Positions 37,650-47,730 of a DNA stretch of 64,000 nt are shown here, in pieces; position 1 is the first letter of the stretch, and each line of letters begins with the position of its first letter. The translations under genes were made by a program, and so were the position numbers. Below the pieces are notes generated by a model that had not been told where the DNA came from, searched no databases, and worked only from the letters and a program-made list of their open reading frames with translations. The stretch is from Negaprion brevirostris (taxonomy: Eukaryota): the NCBI GenBank assembly GCA_030324005.1, contig JARDVH010000106.1, positions 28,434,698 through 28,498,697 on the forward strand, read 5' to 3'.

Positions 37650-38290
37650 AGCCGCTTACCTCATCTCGGGGAGGGCTGGCGGAGGGAAGAGTCGCACACT
37701 CAGCCCAGGGTTCAGGGCCTCCCACTCCGTCTACCCCTATCTGCCGAGCTGTCTTGTCGATCCGCCGGCGAGTGCAAGGCAAGGCAAGGCAAGGGGCCAC
37801 CCCCCTCTCTCTGCCCGTTGCCTAGTGTCTGAAGCTAACACACCCTCTCCCTCTCTCTGTACGTTAGCCAACGCGCCCAGACAACCAAACCCGACAACGG
37901 AAACCCGATCCCCGCCCCCTCCAGCCACCAACTCGCTGATTGACAAGCGGTCTAACCTATCAGAATGCATGGCGCCGTCCCCCTCGGCTGGAAGATGACC
38001 AATCAAAGACGGCTCCCATCTGCCACTAAGTTTGGCTGTACGCCCCCGTGCTCCCCACCTTCTGGAAACTCGCCGCGCAACCCAACCTGCTGAGAGTTCA
38101 GCACGCCGGAAGCCCCCACCCACTCCGAGTGATTGACAGCAGCACTGACCATAGAACGTGCGGCTTGTCCCGTCGCTCTGCAGCAATGAGCGAATCGGAA
38201 GTGAGTGGAGGGGCGGTGCTTCGCTTCCTGACATTGCCATCAAGTTGGGTTGACTCAGTGACCATGGCGACGCTCAGGCTGCGTTAGGCT
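37650..38290. promoter_or_regulatory. CpG-island bidirectional promoter (ITSN1/CRYZL1)
   Basis: Only extended CpG-rich stretch in the window. CCAAT 37999-38003, TGATTGACAA 37937-37946, TGATTGACAG 38130-38139, ETS CCGGAAG 38106-38112 and CGGAAGTG 38196-38203, GC box 38210-38216, TGACTCA 38251-38257, X-box-like GTGACCATGGCGAC 38258-38271. Confidence 0.8.
37660..37900 (-). other. ITSN1: Putative non-coding first exon of ITSN1 (5' boundary approximate)
   Basis: Consensus donor GAG|GTAAGC on the minus strand (exon ends 37660) inside the CpG island. CRYZL1 and ITSN1 are head-to-head in human, and I recall human ITSN1 exon 1 also ending GAGATGAG. No ITSN1 coding exon was found in the window. Confidence 0.65.
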
Positions 38291-38864
38291 TTAAATTAAG
38301 GGGGGCATTTAACTTCACTTCTCATCACCACTCCCATCTCCTCTGTGTTATGGTAGTGAAACATTCCTGTCAGATTGAACAATTTACGTTCTAGATTTAA
38401 AACAGTTACTTTAGAGATTAAGGAAATTGGATGAAGTAGAGAGTTACCCACGGTAGTAAGTATGCTGTTTCCCTATTCCTACTCTCTTTTTTCCGTGTAC
38501 AAAGTATTCTGCTCACTTATTTGTTCCAAGTGTTTACTAATTGCTGCAAAGTAACGTTTTCTATGACATTTTATGTCAGCATGCGATTGCCAATGAAGTA
38601 ATAATTGATATTCCCACTTTTGCACCATATATTTCTCATGTTTCTTTCCCCTGACCTTTAGTTTCAAGCTAAATGCGGTGTACAATACACCAGAATGTAA
38701 AATTCGTTAGTAAGTCTACACTTCAAGCTTTCTGGATAGAATATCACCATTCCAACATCTAAAAACTAGGGAATACTTTTAGAACTGCCAAGTTTAATTG
38801 TTCACTTTGTACAAGTGTTGATGAAAGCAAATAAAGTGTTTGAAGGTGTACCCCTAATGGTATG

Positions 38865-39025
38865 CTAATATCCTTTAGGGAAGGAAATCTGCTACCCTTA
38901 CCTGGTCTGGCCTATATGTGACTCCAAACGCACAGCAACGTGGTTGACTTTGAACAAGGACAACTAGAAAAGGGCAATAAATGCTAGCCAGCCAGTGATG
39001 CCCATGTCCCATGAATGAATTTTTT
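38865..39025 (+). mobile_element. SINE 3' fragment
   Basis: CCTTTAGGGAAGGAAATCTGC...CTGGTCTGGCCTATATGTGACTCCA...GGGCAATAAATGCT...CCCATGAATGAAT. Confidence 0.7.
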
Positions 39026-39329
39026 TTAAAGTATGATTTACAAGAGGTTGATGTTATGTTTAGCCTGGTGAGACTATACTGAGTTTTGTGTTCACTTTTC
39101 ATTACCATATTAAAGAAGACATAGAATTATTGGAGGATGTGGAAAGGAGGTGTATGAGGCTGATGCATGAATTTAGAGGTCTCAGTTAGGATGAAAGATT
39201 CTTTACCCATGTAACTTTCTGAAGACCCAAATGAGCATGAATTTTGACATAGGTCTTGAAGACCTTCATGCTGACGGAGAATTTGGATTCAGGAAAATTA
39301 TTTTGTTAGTTATAGGATTTAAGTACCAG

Positions 39330-39740
39330 GGACACAGTGGTTAGCGCTGCTGCCTCTCNNNNNNNNNNNNNNNNNNNNNNNNNNNNNNNNNNNNNNNNNN
39401 NNNNNNNNNNNNNNNNNNNNNNNNNNNNNNNNNNNNNNNNNNNNNNNNNNNNNNNNNNCTCTCAGCACCAGCGACCTGGGTTCGATTCTGGCCTTGGATT
39501 ACTGCCTATGAGGAGTTTGCACATTCTACTTGTGCCTGTGGGTGCTCCAGTTTCCTTCCACAGTTGGAAAAACGTATATGTTAGGTGGATTGGCCATGCT
39601 GTATTGTCCCTTAGTGTCAGGGGGACTAGGTAGGGTAAATCCATAGGGTTATGGGGATGGAGCCTGGGTGGGATTTTGATTGGTACCAACTCTGTGGGTC
39701 GAATGGCCGCCTTCTGCATTTTATGATTCTGGGTCTATGA
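39330..39740 (+). mobile_element. HE1 V-SINE (contains a gap) inside a CR1 fragment starting ~39070
   Basis: Head CACAGTGGTTAGCGCTGCTGCC, B-box GGTTCGATTC, V-domain, and tail GGGTCGAATGGCC. Confidence 0.8.
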
Positions 39741-41364
39741 CATAACAGGCCACCAAATGAAAATTGGAACTTGCACAACTTTTGTGAACTAGATGGACTT
39801 GTTGATATAAAATCGATGGAGTTGGCAGAACAGAAATAAGAAAAAGTTTTTGTTTAGTGCTTTTTACAATCTCAGAATGTGCCAAAGCACTTTATCTCGG
39901 AAGTATTGTCACTGTATTTAGAAACTTTGGCAGTCAATTGGTAAACTGTAAAGTTCCATGAGGGACCAGTTTGCTGAGTTGGCTAGATAATGAGGGTGTG
40001 GTACAGAATAATACCGACAGTATGGGTTCCTTCCCACCTTGCCTCACAATAACATATTGGCATAAACCATGATGAACAACCCTTGGACAACAAGGGGGCT
40101 TCATGAAGAGAGAAACCACAAACAAAGATGAGATAATGAGTAGATGTTGGCTGAGGGATAAATGTTGGTACTGTTTTAAAGTTATTGTTTTTTTTAATAG
40201 GATTATTAGTCTAATTCTATTTTCAGCTGGTATTTGCACACATCCCAGTTGCTGTCCTAGCTAAAATCAGTTCTCTGACATGAAAACTGCATTCTGCAAT
40301 ATATTTCTTCCTATTTTAAATCAGGAGCATAGGAACCTTGCAGGAAAGTGGAATTGAAGCCAAGATCAAATCAGCTAGGATCTGATTGAATGGCAAAGCA
40401 GGTGCAAAGGGGTAGGGGGGGTGCATTTGGCCTATTCCTGCTGCTTTTCATATGTTCTTAAATTTATGCTTGCTATTTTGAATCTAATGATTCCATTTGT
40501 GGACTGAAAGTCCTATTTGCCCTTTAAATTGCTGTTGTGCTCAATAAAAAAAAATACCTATTGTTATTGTAAATGTATATTGACAAAGTGGTCTGTAATT
40601 GAGATTAATCTGTGCTCAATCCTGTGACTGGACTGCAAATGTACTAGCTCTGTTCTTTATTTTGGCAGCTAACCAGAAAAAGTCTGTACTGGAGTTTAGG
40701 CTCCACTGTAAATTGACATTAGGTGATAACCATTTTAAGTGTCATCATCACATAAGATTTCAGAATATTATACCCCAGCCTTTAAAATNNNNNNNNNNNN
40801 NNNNNNNNNNNNNNNNNNNNNNNNNNNNNNNNNNNNNNNNNNNNNNNNNNNNNNNNNNNNNNNNNNNNNNNNNNNNNNNNNNNNNNNNACATAATACAGA
40901 ATAACACATATGTTACAATTTATGTAAACAGTTTGTATAACTTTGCTGTAGCCAAAACTATATTATATAAAATAGCAATCAGTTTTAATGGGCTAAACCA
41001 CAAAACTTCCTATTTTTCATAATATATCTCAACATGACTGTAGCTAATTATTCAACTCTGAGTGAAGAATCATATCCAAACACTGTCTTGTTCTCGCCAA
41101 TGTCTATAATTTCTCACTTTGCGCAACAAAATACCATGAGTAGCAGCAGTCTTGCTGTGCATCCAATGCAGCTGATATTGTTGGCTGTTATGCTGCATCC
41201 AAATATATTTTTTCAGAATAATAAATAGTGACAAAGGACATGGAAATAAGTATTTTTAGCTGCCTTCCCATATAATATTAAAGAATTGTGCAGTAATTCT
41301 GTAGAATACTTAAGAATGGAAAATGCATGAAATGCTAAACAGAGCAGGTAGCACTGGCAGAAAG

Positions 41365-41790
41365 ACTTGCATCTATGTAGCACCCTTCAAAACCATGGGG
41401 TATCTTAAGTGCTTTGGCAGCCAATGAAGTTCTCTTGCAGTGTAGCCACTGTGGTGATGTTAGAAATGTGGTAGCCATTAGCAATCTCAGACAAACAATA
41501 ATGTGATCATGATCTGAAAATCCCTTTTTGTGATGTTGATTGGGGGATGAATATTGATAAAGACATTGAGGATAATTCCTCTGTTGCTCTTTGAAATAGA
41601 GATAGGGCATCATTTGCAATGGCCTGAGAGGGTAGGTAGATTCTTCATCTCATCAAAACAGTGACATTGCCAATAATGCAGTACTCCATCAATACTGAAG
41701 TGGAATATTAGTCTTGATTTCTATCCTCAAGTATTCAGGTGGGGTGTGAACCCCCAGTCTTGGCGAGGGTGCTACCAACTGGGCCATCTA
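41365..41790 (-). mobile_element. DeuSINE (SacSINE1-like), near full length
   Basis: Reverse tail ACTTGCATCTATGTAGCACC, CAGCCAATGAAGT, Deu-like GCAGTACTCCATCAATACTGAAGTGG, and reverse head GTGAACCC...GTGCTACCAACTGGGCCA. Confidence 0.75.
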
Positions 41791-41799
41791 TGGCTAACA

Positions 41800-41958
41800 G
41801 TGAAACAACGTTAACGCTTCAGGTTGATGACTTTTTGGCATTGACCTGACATGTTGACTCTGTTTGCCTCTTCACTGAGTTGGCTGCTGCCTGACGAGCT
41901 TGAGTATTTCTAGCATCTTCTATTTTTCCAGATTTCCAGCATTAGCTGTATTTTGCTT
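41800..41958. mobile_element. Penelope-derived fold-back remnant
   Basis: GTTAACGCTTCAGGTTGATGAC...TTGACCTGACATGTTGAC inverted core, followed by CAGATTTCCAGCATTAGCTGTATTTTGCTT. Confidence 0.55.
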
Positions 41959-42336
41959 GCCTGTAGTGCATGATTCTTCTTTGAATTCTGATTGCAAAAC
42001 ACCCACCTGTTGCTGCAGCATTGTATTTTTTTTTATTCCATACCAGTATAACTTACTTAATGAGGTAGCTAATTCCACTGATTCCTGCTGCGTTACCAGC
42101 ATTTTGTGCTGTAGAGTCCATCCACAAAGAATAAGGTTGACACTGCCCTAACAAATGATTGCTAGAAAAGAAAGCTGAAAATTGGAAGATTTTAAAGCTC
42201 CTTTTGTAAAGTAAAAATGGCTTGATTAACATTCGGTTTTCAGTTCTGGGGAAGGATTTGGTGCCCAAAGCTGACTCGCCTGTACTTTTCTAGAATATTG
42301 TGTATTCTTTTTGTTTATTGTTTCCATTTACATATC

Positions 42337-42398
42337 TGTTTTTATTGTTTTGTTTTTATTGTTTTTATTGTTTTTATTGTTTTTATTGTTTTTATTAT
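42337..42398 (+). repeat. (TGTTTTTAT)n 9-bp tandem repeat, about 6 units
   Basis: Visible directly in the sequence. Confidence 0.9.
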
Positions 42399-43064
42399 GT
42401 TGGTAGGCATTTCTTGCCTGTGTGTGCTGGAATGAGTGAATCCTTATATAATATGTAAGTAACTTAAAAAGTTTCCCAAGTGGTAACATAATGTTTAAAT
42501 TACAATGGATTCCTGAAAATTATGCATCCAGCAGGGACCAGTTGTTTTAAACCTATAAAATAGAACTGGAAGCTTTCCTGGAGAAATCAAAACATAACAA
42601 AAATCTGACGGTTACTATCTGAAGTAATTTTTCAAAATAAATAAATGCATTTTCAGACCAGATCCAGCTGTGTCCCTGCCATTACTCCTGTAAACATTGA
42701 AATCCATATGGACATTGTTGTTATTGTGCTAGAAATCTCCAGGTTACTGGATTAAATTATATTTTTGTAAATCGTTTTTCATCCCCAGTACTGCACTGTA
42801 TTAACCTTTTTTATGCTTGATCTAAAGCTCAACAATATTTGCGCCACCTCAACAATTTTAAAAATGTTATTTCATGTCCTTCATGCCTAAATGTGACCAT
42901 TTATATTGGTGCAGTTTCACTGGTGATATCAGTCCCTGATGCATAATCTGAGGAATGTATGAGAGTACAGTGCGAGTTGTAGGTAGTTTTACCATAGCAG
43001 GCTTCGCTGGCTGGTCCTGTTGGCTTCCAGTATTATCATGTCACTCTACAGCACAGCAGTAGTG

Positions 43065-43380
43065 AAAAGAATGCAATGGAGGCAGTACAGTGAAGGTTCA
43101 TTAAATTGATCCCTGGGGTGAGAGGGCTTTCCTATGGTGTAAGGTTGACCAAACTGCCCATTCGCATCAGTTTCAAAGAATGTGAGCTGATCTCATTGAA
43201 ACCTTTAAAATTCTGAAAGGGCTTGATCAGGTAGATAGTGAGAGACTGTTTAAAGTTGGGATAGATGGATGTTTTGTCTCTCAGAATCAAGGGATATGGG
43301 GAGAAATCCAAGATCAGCCATGATCGTATTGAATTGTCGAGCAGGCTTAGTGGGATCCATGACCAATTCCATTTCTTGTC
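43065..43380 (+). mobile_element. CR1 3' fragment with internal deletion
   Basis: MEAVQ*RFIKLIPGVRGLSY...DLIETFKILKGLD, then GATCAGCCATGATCGTATTGAAT 3'UTR. Confidence 0.75.
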
Positions 43381-44674
43381 GTCTGGAGCATTTCCTGGTC
43401 ATGATCAGGACCTTTTCTAAAAGTGAGTATGATGGTGGTCTTGGGCTCTGCTCTGACCAAATGTGACAATATCTTGAGTTGTATGTGGAATGGAACAAGA
43501 GTGAATCCAAAGTCATACCCTATATAGATTGCACCTTTCTCTTTTGGAGGATGGATACTAGAAGGAATATAATTAATGTTTTTTTACATTTGCGGTCATT
43601 CCTCCAACTCTTAAGCAGCAAACACATCTATTACACAAATCATGACTATAGTAAACATGATCAAATGCCTGGCCGAGTTCAACGAGCATGAAATCGTGAG
43701 AGATAATGGATGGGCATCCCAACATATTAGGGTTAACTTGCTGTATCACAGTTGGCAGGAATATGTGGGAGTTGGAAGTGTGTACACTAACAATTGATAT
43801 TCCTATTAAAACCCCAATTAATCAGGATTTCTAGTGGCCAGCGTGCTTTTCCACTTGATGAATGAGCCAATTGGCCAAGCATTCACATTTTTGCACTATT
43901 CTCAGTCTACAGTAAAATAAAAGGCCCAAGTACATTTGAAATGTGGTGAATAAGGAGTATTACAGTTAGTTGTTCCAATATAGATAGTTTGAGATGTTCC
44001 AGGCACCTCTCACAGTGCATCTTATCTTGCCAGTTGCTGNNNNNNNNNNNNNNNNNNNNNNNNNNNNNNNNNNNNNNNNNNNNNNNNNNNNNNNNNNNNN
44101 NNNNNNNNNNNNNNNNNNNNNNNNNNNNNNNNNNNNNNNCTTGGTATCACACTGGCCGCCAGTTAATTGGTCCGCCAGTGTAAACTCACTGACCTGCCTG
44201 ATGGAAGGCAGGAAAGGATTTCCCATCTTCTTCCTACCAATCGTGCTTGCCCTGTGAGTTAAAAATTCAGGCCCATATCCCAGTTGAGGCCCACGTCCCA
44301 ATAATATGTTACTGGCTTGTTAACAGGAGGCTAGAGAACACACAATGCAAAGGCTATTAAATCTTAGTCTAATTGCAATCCTCATATAAAAAAAGCTGCT
44401 CCAAAACAGAGGCAGGTGAGATTATTGGCTGAGTGCCAGACTGAATTGGTATTAGTTGGACTCTGTGTTAAGCTGGATAAATAACAAGCAAACTAACCAG
44501 TTTACTGTAGAATCTTTCAGTATAGCCTTATACAAGTAGCATGTGATAGGGTCCCCATGACTCCCATCAGGTTACAAAACCATGTTTTAATATTTTGCAT
44601 GCAATTGTCTCCAACCTCCAATGTATATAGTCTACTTTTGATAAGTTGAATGTTTTCATGCTAAATCTTTTTAA

Positions 44675-44951
44675 GTGTGGTTGACACTGCTGCCTCAGAG
44701 TGCCAGGAATCTGGGTTCAATTCCAGTTTTGGGTCACTGTCTGAGTGAAGTTTGCGTGTTCTCCTTGTGTCTGCATGGGTTTCCTCCAGGTTCTCAGGGT
44801 TCCTTCCTGCAGTCCAAAGGTGTGCTGGTTAGGTGCATTGGCCATTCTCCCTCTGGGTATCTGAACAGGGACCGGAGTATGATGACTAGAGAATTTTCAC
44901 TGTGTAACTTCATTGCAGTGTTGATGTTAACCTATTTGTAATAAATAAACT
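44675..44951 (+). mobile_element. V-SINE with MER6-like tail
   Basis: Head, V-domain and GTAACTTCATTGCAGTGTTGATGT tail. Confidence 0.8.
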
Positions 44952-46089
44952 TTTTAAAATTTAAATATCTAGTATTTTGATTTAAGCAATGTTAATAGCA
45001 TTCTGAGAATTTACTGCTTAGAAATTGAATGACTATGTAATTCAAATTTAAGTTGACAGTAGTAGACTATATCCCAAAACTGCCACAAGAGCATGATTTT
45101 CAACAATTCAATAAAAATGAGGCACAGCATGTTCTGTTTGCAAGAAAAATGTTGTTTATGACCTGGAGACCAATAACTTCTAAAACAAAATTCAAATTTG
45201 CCCCTCAAGATTTTAATCAAAAACCTTTTATTGTGCAATATTAAGTCAAGCAAGTACAACAAATCTAATGCAATTTCATAAACACTTATCCTTTGAGTCT
45301 GGAAATCTGAATGGGATGTTGCCTTTTATTTCCACCTGTGTTCTTCTGTATGTTCCAGGATTTGAGAGCGCTCCTTCACTTATCCTGGGAACAAACCACA
45401 GCTTTCAGGAATTCAGTGAATTTACCTAGGGTTCCTTCTGTTCTTTGTGGTATAAATTTCTTAGGATGCTTCCAGCAGCTGAGTAGGTGACCCTTCACTC
45501 TATCCTTTAACCACCTCAGCTCACTGCTTTCTTGCTCAGAAATCTCCAAAATCAGACAACACCTTTGATTTCTGATAGGCCTTTTGGTTCTGCTGTGAAA
45601 CCCCTGGCAAATTTCTCTCTCGCTGTGCTTCTCAAAGCTGCACACAGGTTCCAACTGGCACTACCTGTTTCTGTGAGAAATCCTACAGAAAAACCCAGAA
45701 CAAAAGCATACCTTATCCCCTACCCAACATGGCACCCCTGGGATATCCGAAAGAGTTAAACTAATTTACTTCACCATCTAAAACATCCCTTTGATCTAGG
45801 AAACTGTTTGAATAATTTAAACCAAGTACAAAGGCAACTGTAGACATCCGATCTCCATTAAGAAGGAGCTCGCCATTGTTCAGTGTTCCCCCATTTTCAA
45901 CTCTGATCTTGGTAAATAAAACTCAGGCCGTTCCTAGAATTACAATTTCTTCAACATTCTTTAACAACATCCCAAACCAGGTGCTTCCAGTGTTTTCCAA
46001 TTTGAAGGATTTATTCCAAAACATATGAATCATGAAATTAGACATTATCACAGCAAGTTTAATATTTAGTTTTGTTTTTCAAGCTCAAG

Positions 46090-46155
46090 ATGAAGGGACT
46101 GTATTGCCAGTTGGCTGAAGCTAATGAAGATGTAAAGTTTGTGTTCCAAGACAAG
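46090..46155 (+). CDS. CRYZL1: CRYZL1 (quinone oxidoreductase-like 1 / FERRY Fy-4) coding exon 1: MKGLYCQLAEANEDVKFVFQDK
   Basis: Acceptor ttttcaag|CTCAAG-ATG (exon from 46084), donor AAG|gttagt. Peptide resembles the human CRYZL1 N-terminus [22 protein letters not shown] (recalled). Confidence 0.92.
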
Positions 46156-46734
46156 GTTAGTATCATTAGTCATAGATCATTCTCCAAAATTAAGCTATGA
46201 AAGCACCTAGATACATGAAGAATTGTTGTCTTGCTGTGATCATGGGTAGGAGTTGGCCATTCAGTCCTGTAAGCCTGTCATTTCATTCTAAGGTGTGAGG
46301 AATATGGGATCAAAGCTTGAGAGATTAAGTACTATCAGTCACGCCCAGTAATATCCTGTTTTGAGATGATTCCAGGATTCTGGATGTCAGTACAAACAAC
46401 TGCTATCTGCATATTTTGATGTACAACTGTACATAAAGGACAAAGATTGAAATAATTACAATGGATTTCACAAAATATGTTTTGATTTATTTATCTATAA
46501 ATTATACAATTTAAAGATTTTGCAACAAGTATAGGTTTGTCTTGACACAAGCATAAAACGTTGCATCTTAAAGCTGTCAGATTTCTGGTTATTGTGAGTC
46601 CATCAAACAATAATCAGTGATTTACTGACATCAGGACATACCTGTTGAGACCCGATGGACTAAACATACAAGAGTTACAGCTCCCATCAATTCATTTGAT
46701 AAAAAGATTGAGAGACCGGTACTTTTTTTAACAT

Positions 46735-46990
46735 AACAAGCACCCTTAAAGTGTGTGGTAGCATATTAAACGTTGACACTGAGCCAACAAAGGAAGTATT
46801 AAAGTGGGTGACTAAACTCTTGGTAGGTTTTAAGGAACATCGTAAAGGAACAGAGGAGAAAGATTTAGGAAGAACGTTTGAGGGCTTAAGGCCAGGTGGC
46901 TAAGGGCACTACTGATTGTGGTGACTTTTAGAGTGATGCACAGGAGGCCAGAGTGGGGAAAGCACAGTTTTCAGAGTGTAGATTGTGAGA
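46735..46990 (-). mobile_element. L2 3' end
   Basis: TTGACACTGAGCCAACAAAGGAAGTATTA...GGTGACTAAA...GGTAGGTTTTAAGGAACATC. Confidence 0.65.
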
Positions 46991-47596
46991 AGTGAAGCAA
47001 CTAGCATATTGCTTGAGTGCAAAATGTGATTATCTGTCACTGGGCTGATGAGAAGAAGCTGAATAATTGGAGAATGCTTGTGCTTTAAATTAAGATTACA
47101 CATTCACGTGTTGTGATTACAAGAATTGTGTAGCATTAGCCTGAATCAGAAATAAATTTGTCCAGAGGAATCCTTTGCTTGAATCAGTATCTATCCATCT
47201 GGAACTGATAATGCTTTGTAATAAACAGGAGGCAAATCAAGTATATCATTTAATTTGTCTCCTGTTTGCCACAGTGAACTGTCTCATTCAGAAGACACTT
47301 TTGTGAAATCAGGTCCATTCTGATATCAAGTCTGCCTCCTTGAAAAACCACATCAATGTTAAAAGATCAACATGATTGGCAAGCAATGCGCCCACTTATC
47401 ACAAACATGCTGAAGAATACCTTAAATTTGGTTCTTTCTTCTGTAGTTCAAACATAAGATAAAAGATGAATAAAATTTTCAAGTAAGCCCCCTTATTTAG
47501 ACCCATATCAGAAAGAGTCAGGCCTAAAGTAAATCCTATGATAAGAGTAAGATCAGAATACTATGNNNNNNNNNNTGCTGGAAAAAGTTACAAAAC

Positions 47597-47717
47597 TGTA
47601 ACCGTACATTCTGCACTCTCTCGTTTTCTTCTCTATGAATGGTATGCTTTATATAGCGCGCAAGAAACAATACTTTTCACTGTATATTAGTACGTGTGAC
47701 AATAATAAATCAAATCA
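47597..47717 (+). mobile_element. Rex1/Babar 3' tail
   Basis: TACATTCTGCACTCTC...GCGCGCAAGAAACAATACTTTTCACTGT...AATAAATCAAATC, the reverse complement of the tail at 20050-20180. Confidence 0.8.
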
Positions 47718-47730
47718 GAAATGTGAAATA

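Noticed and set aside
1-37659. ITSN1 first coding exon (MAQFPT...) on the minus strand
   Set aside because: I looked and did not find it. The lookalike at ~16394-16415 lacks the ATG and the expected peptide, so the exon is probably beyond the left edge.
37543-38287. 151-168 aa ORFs across the CpG island
   Set aside because: GC-rich promoter and UTR DNA is poor in stop codons, and the peptides resemble no protein family I know.
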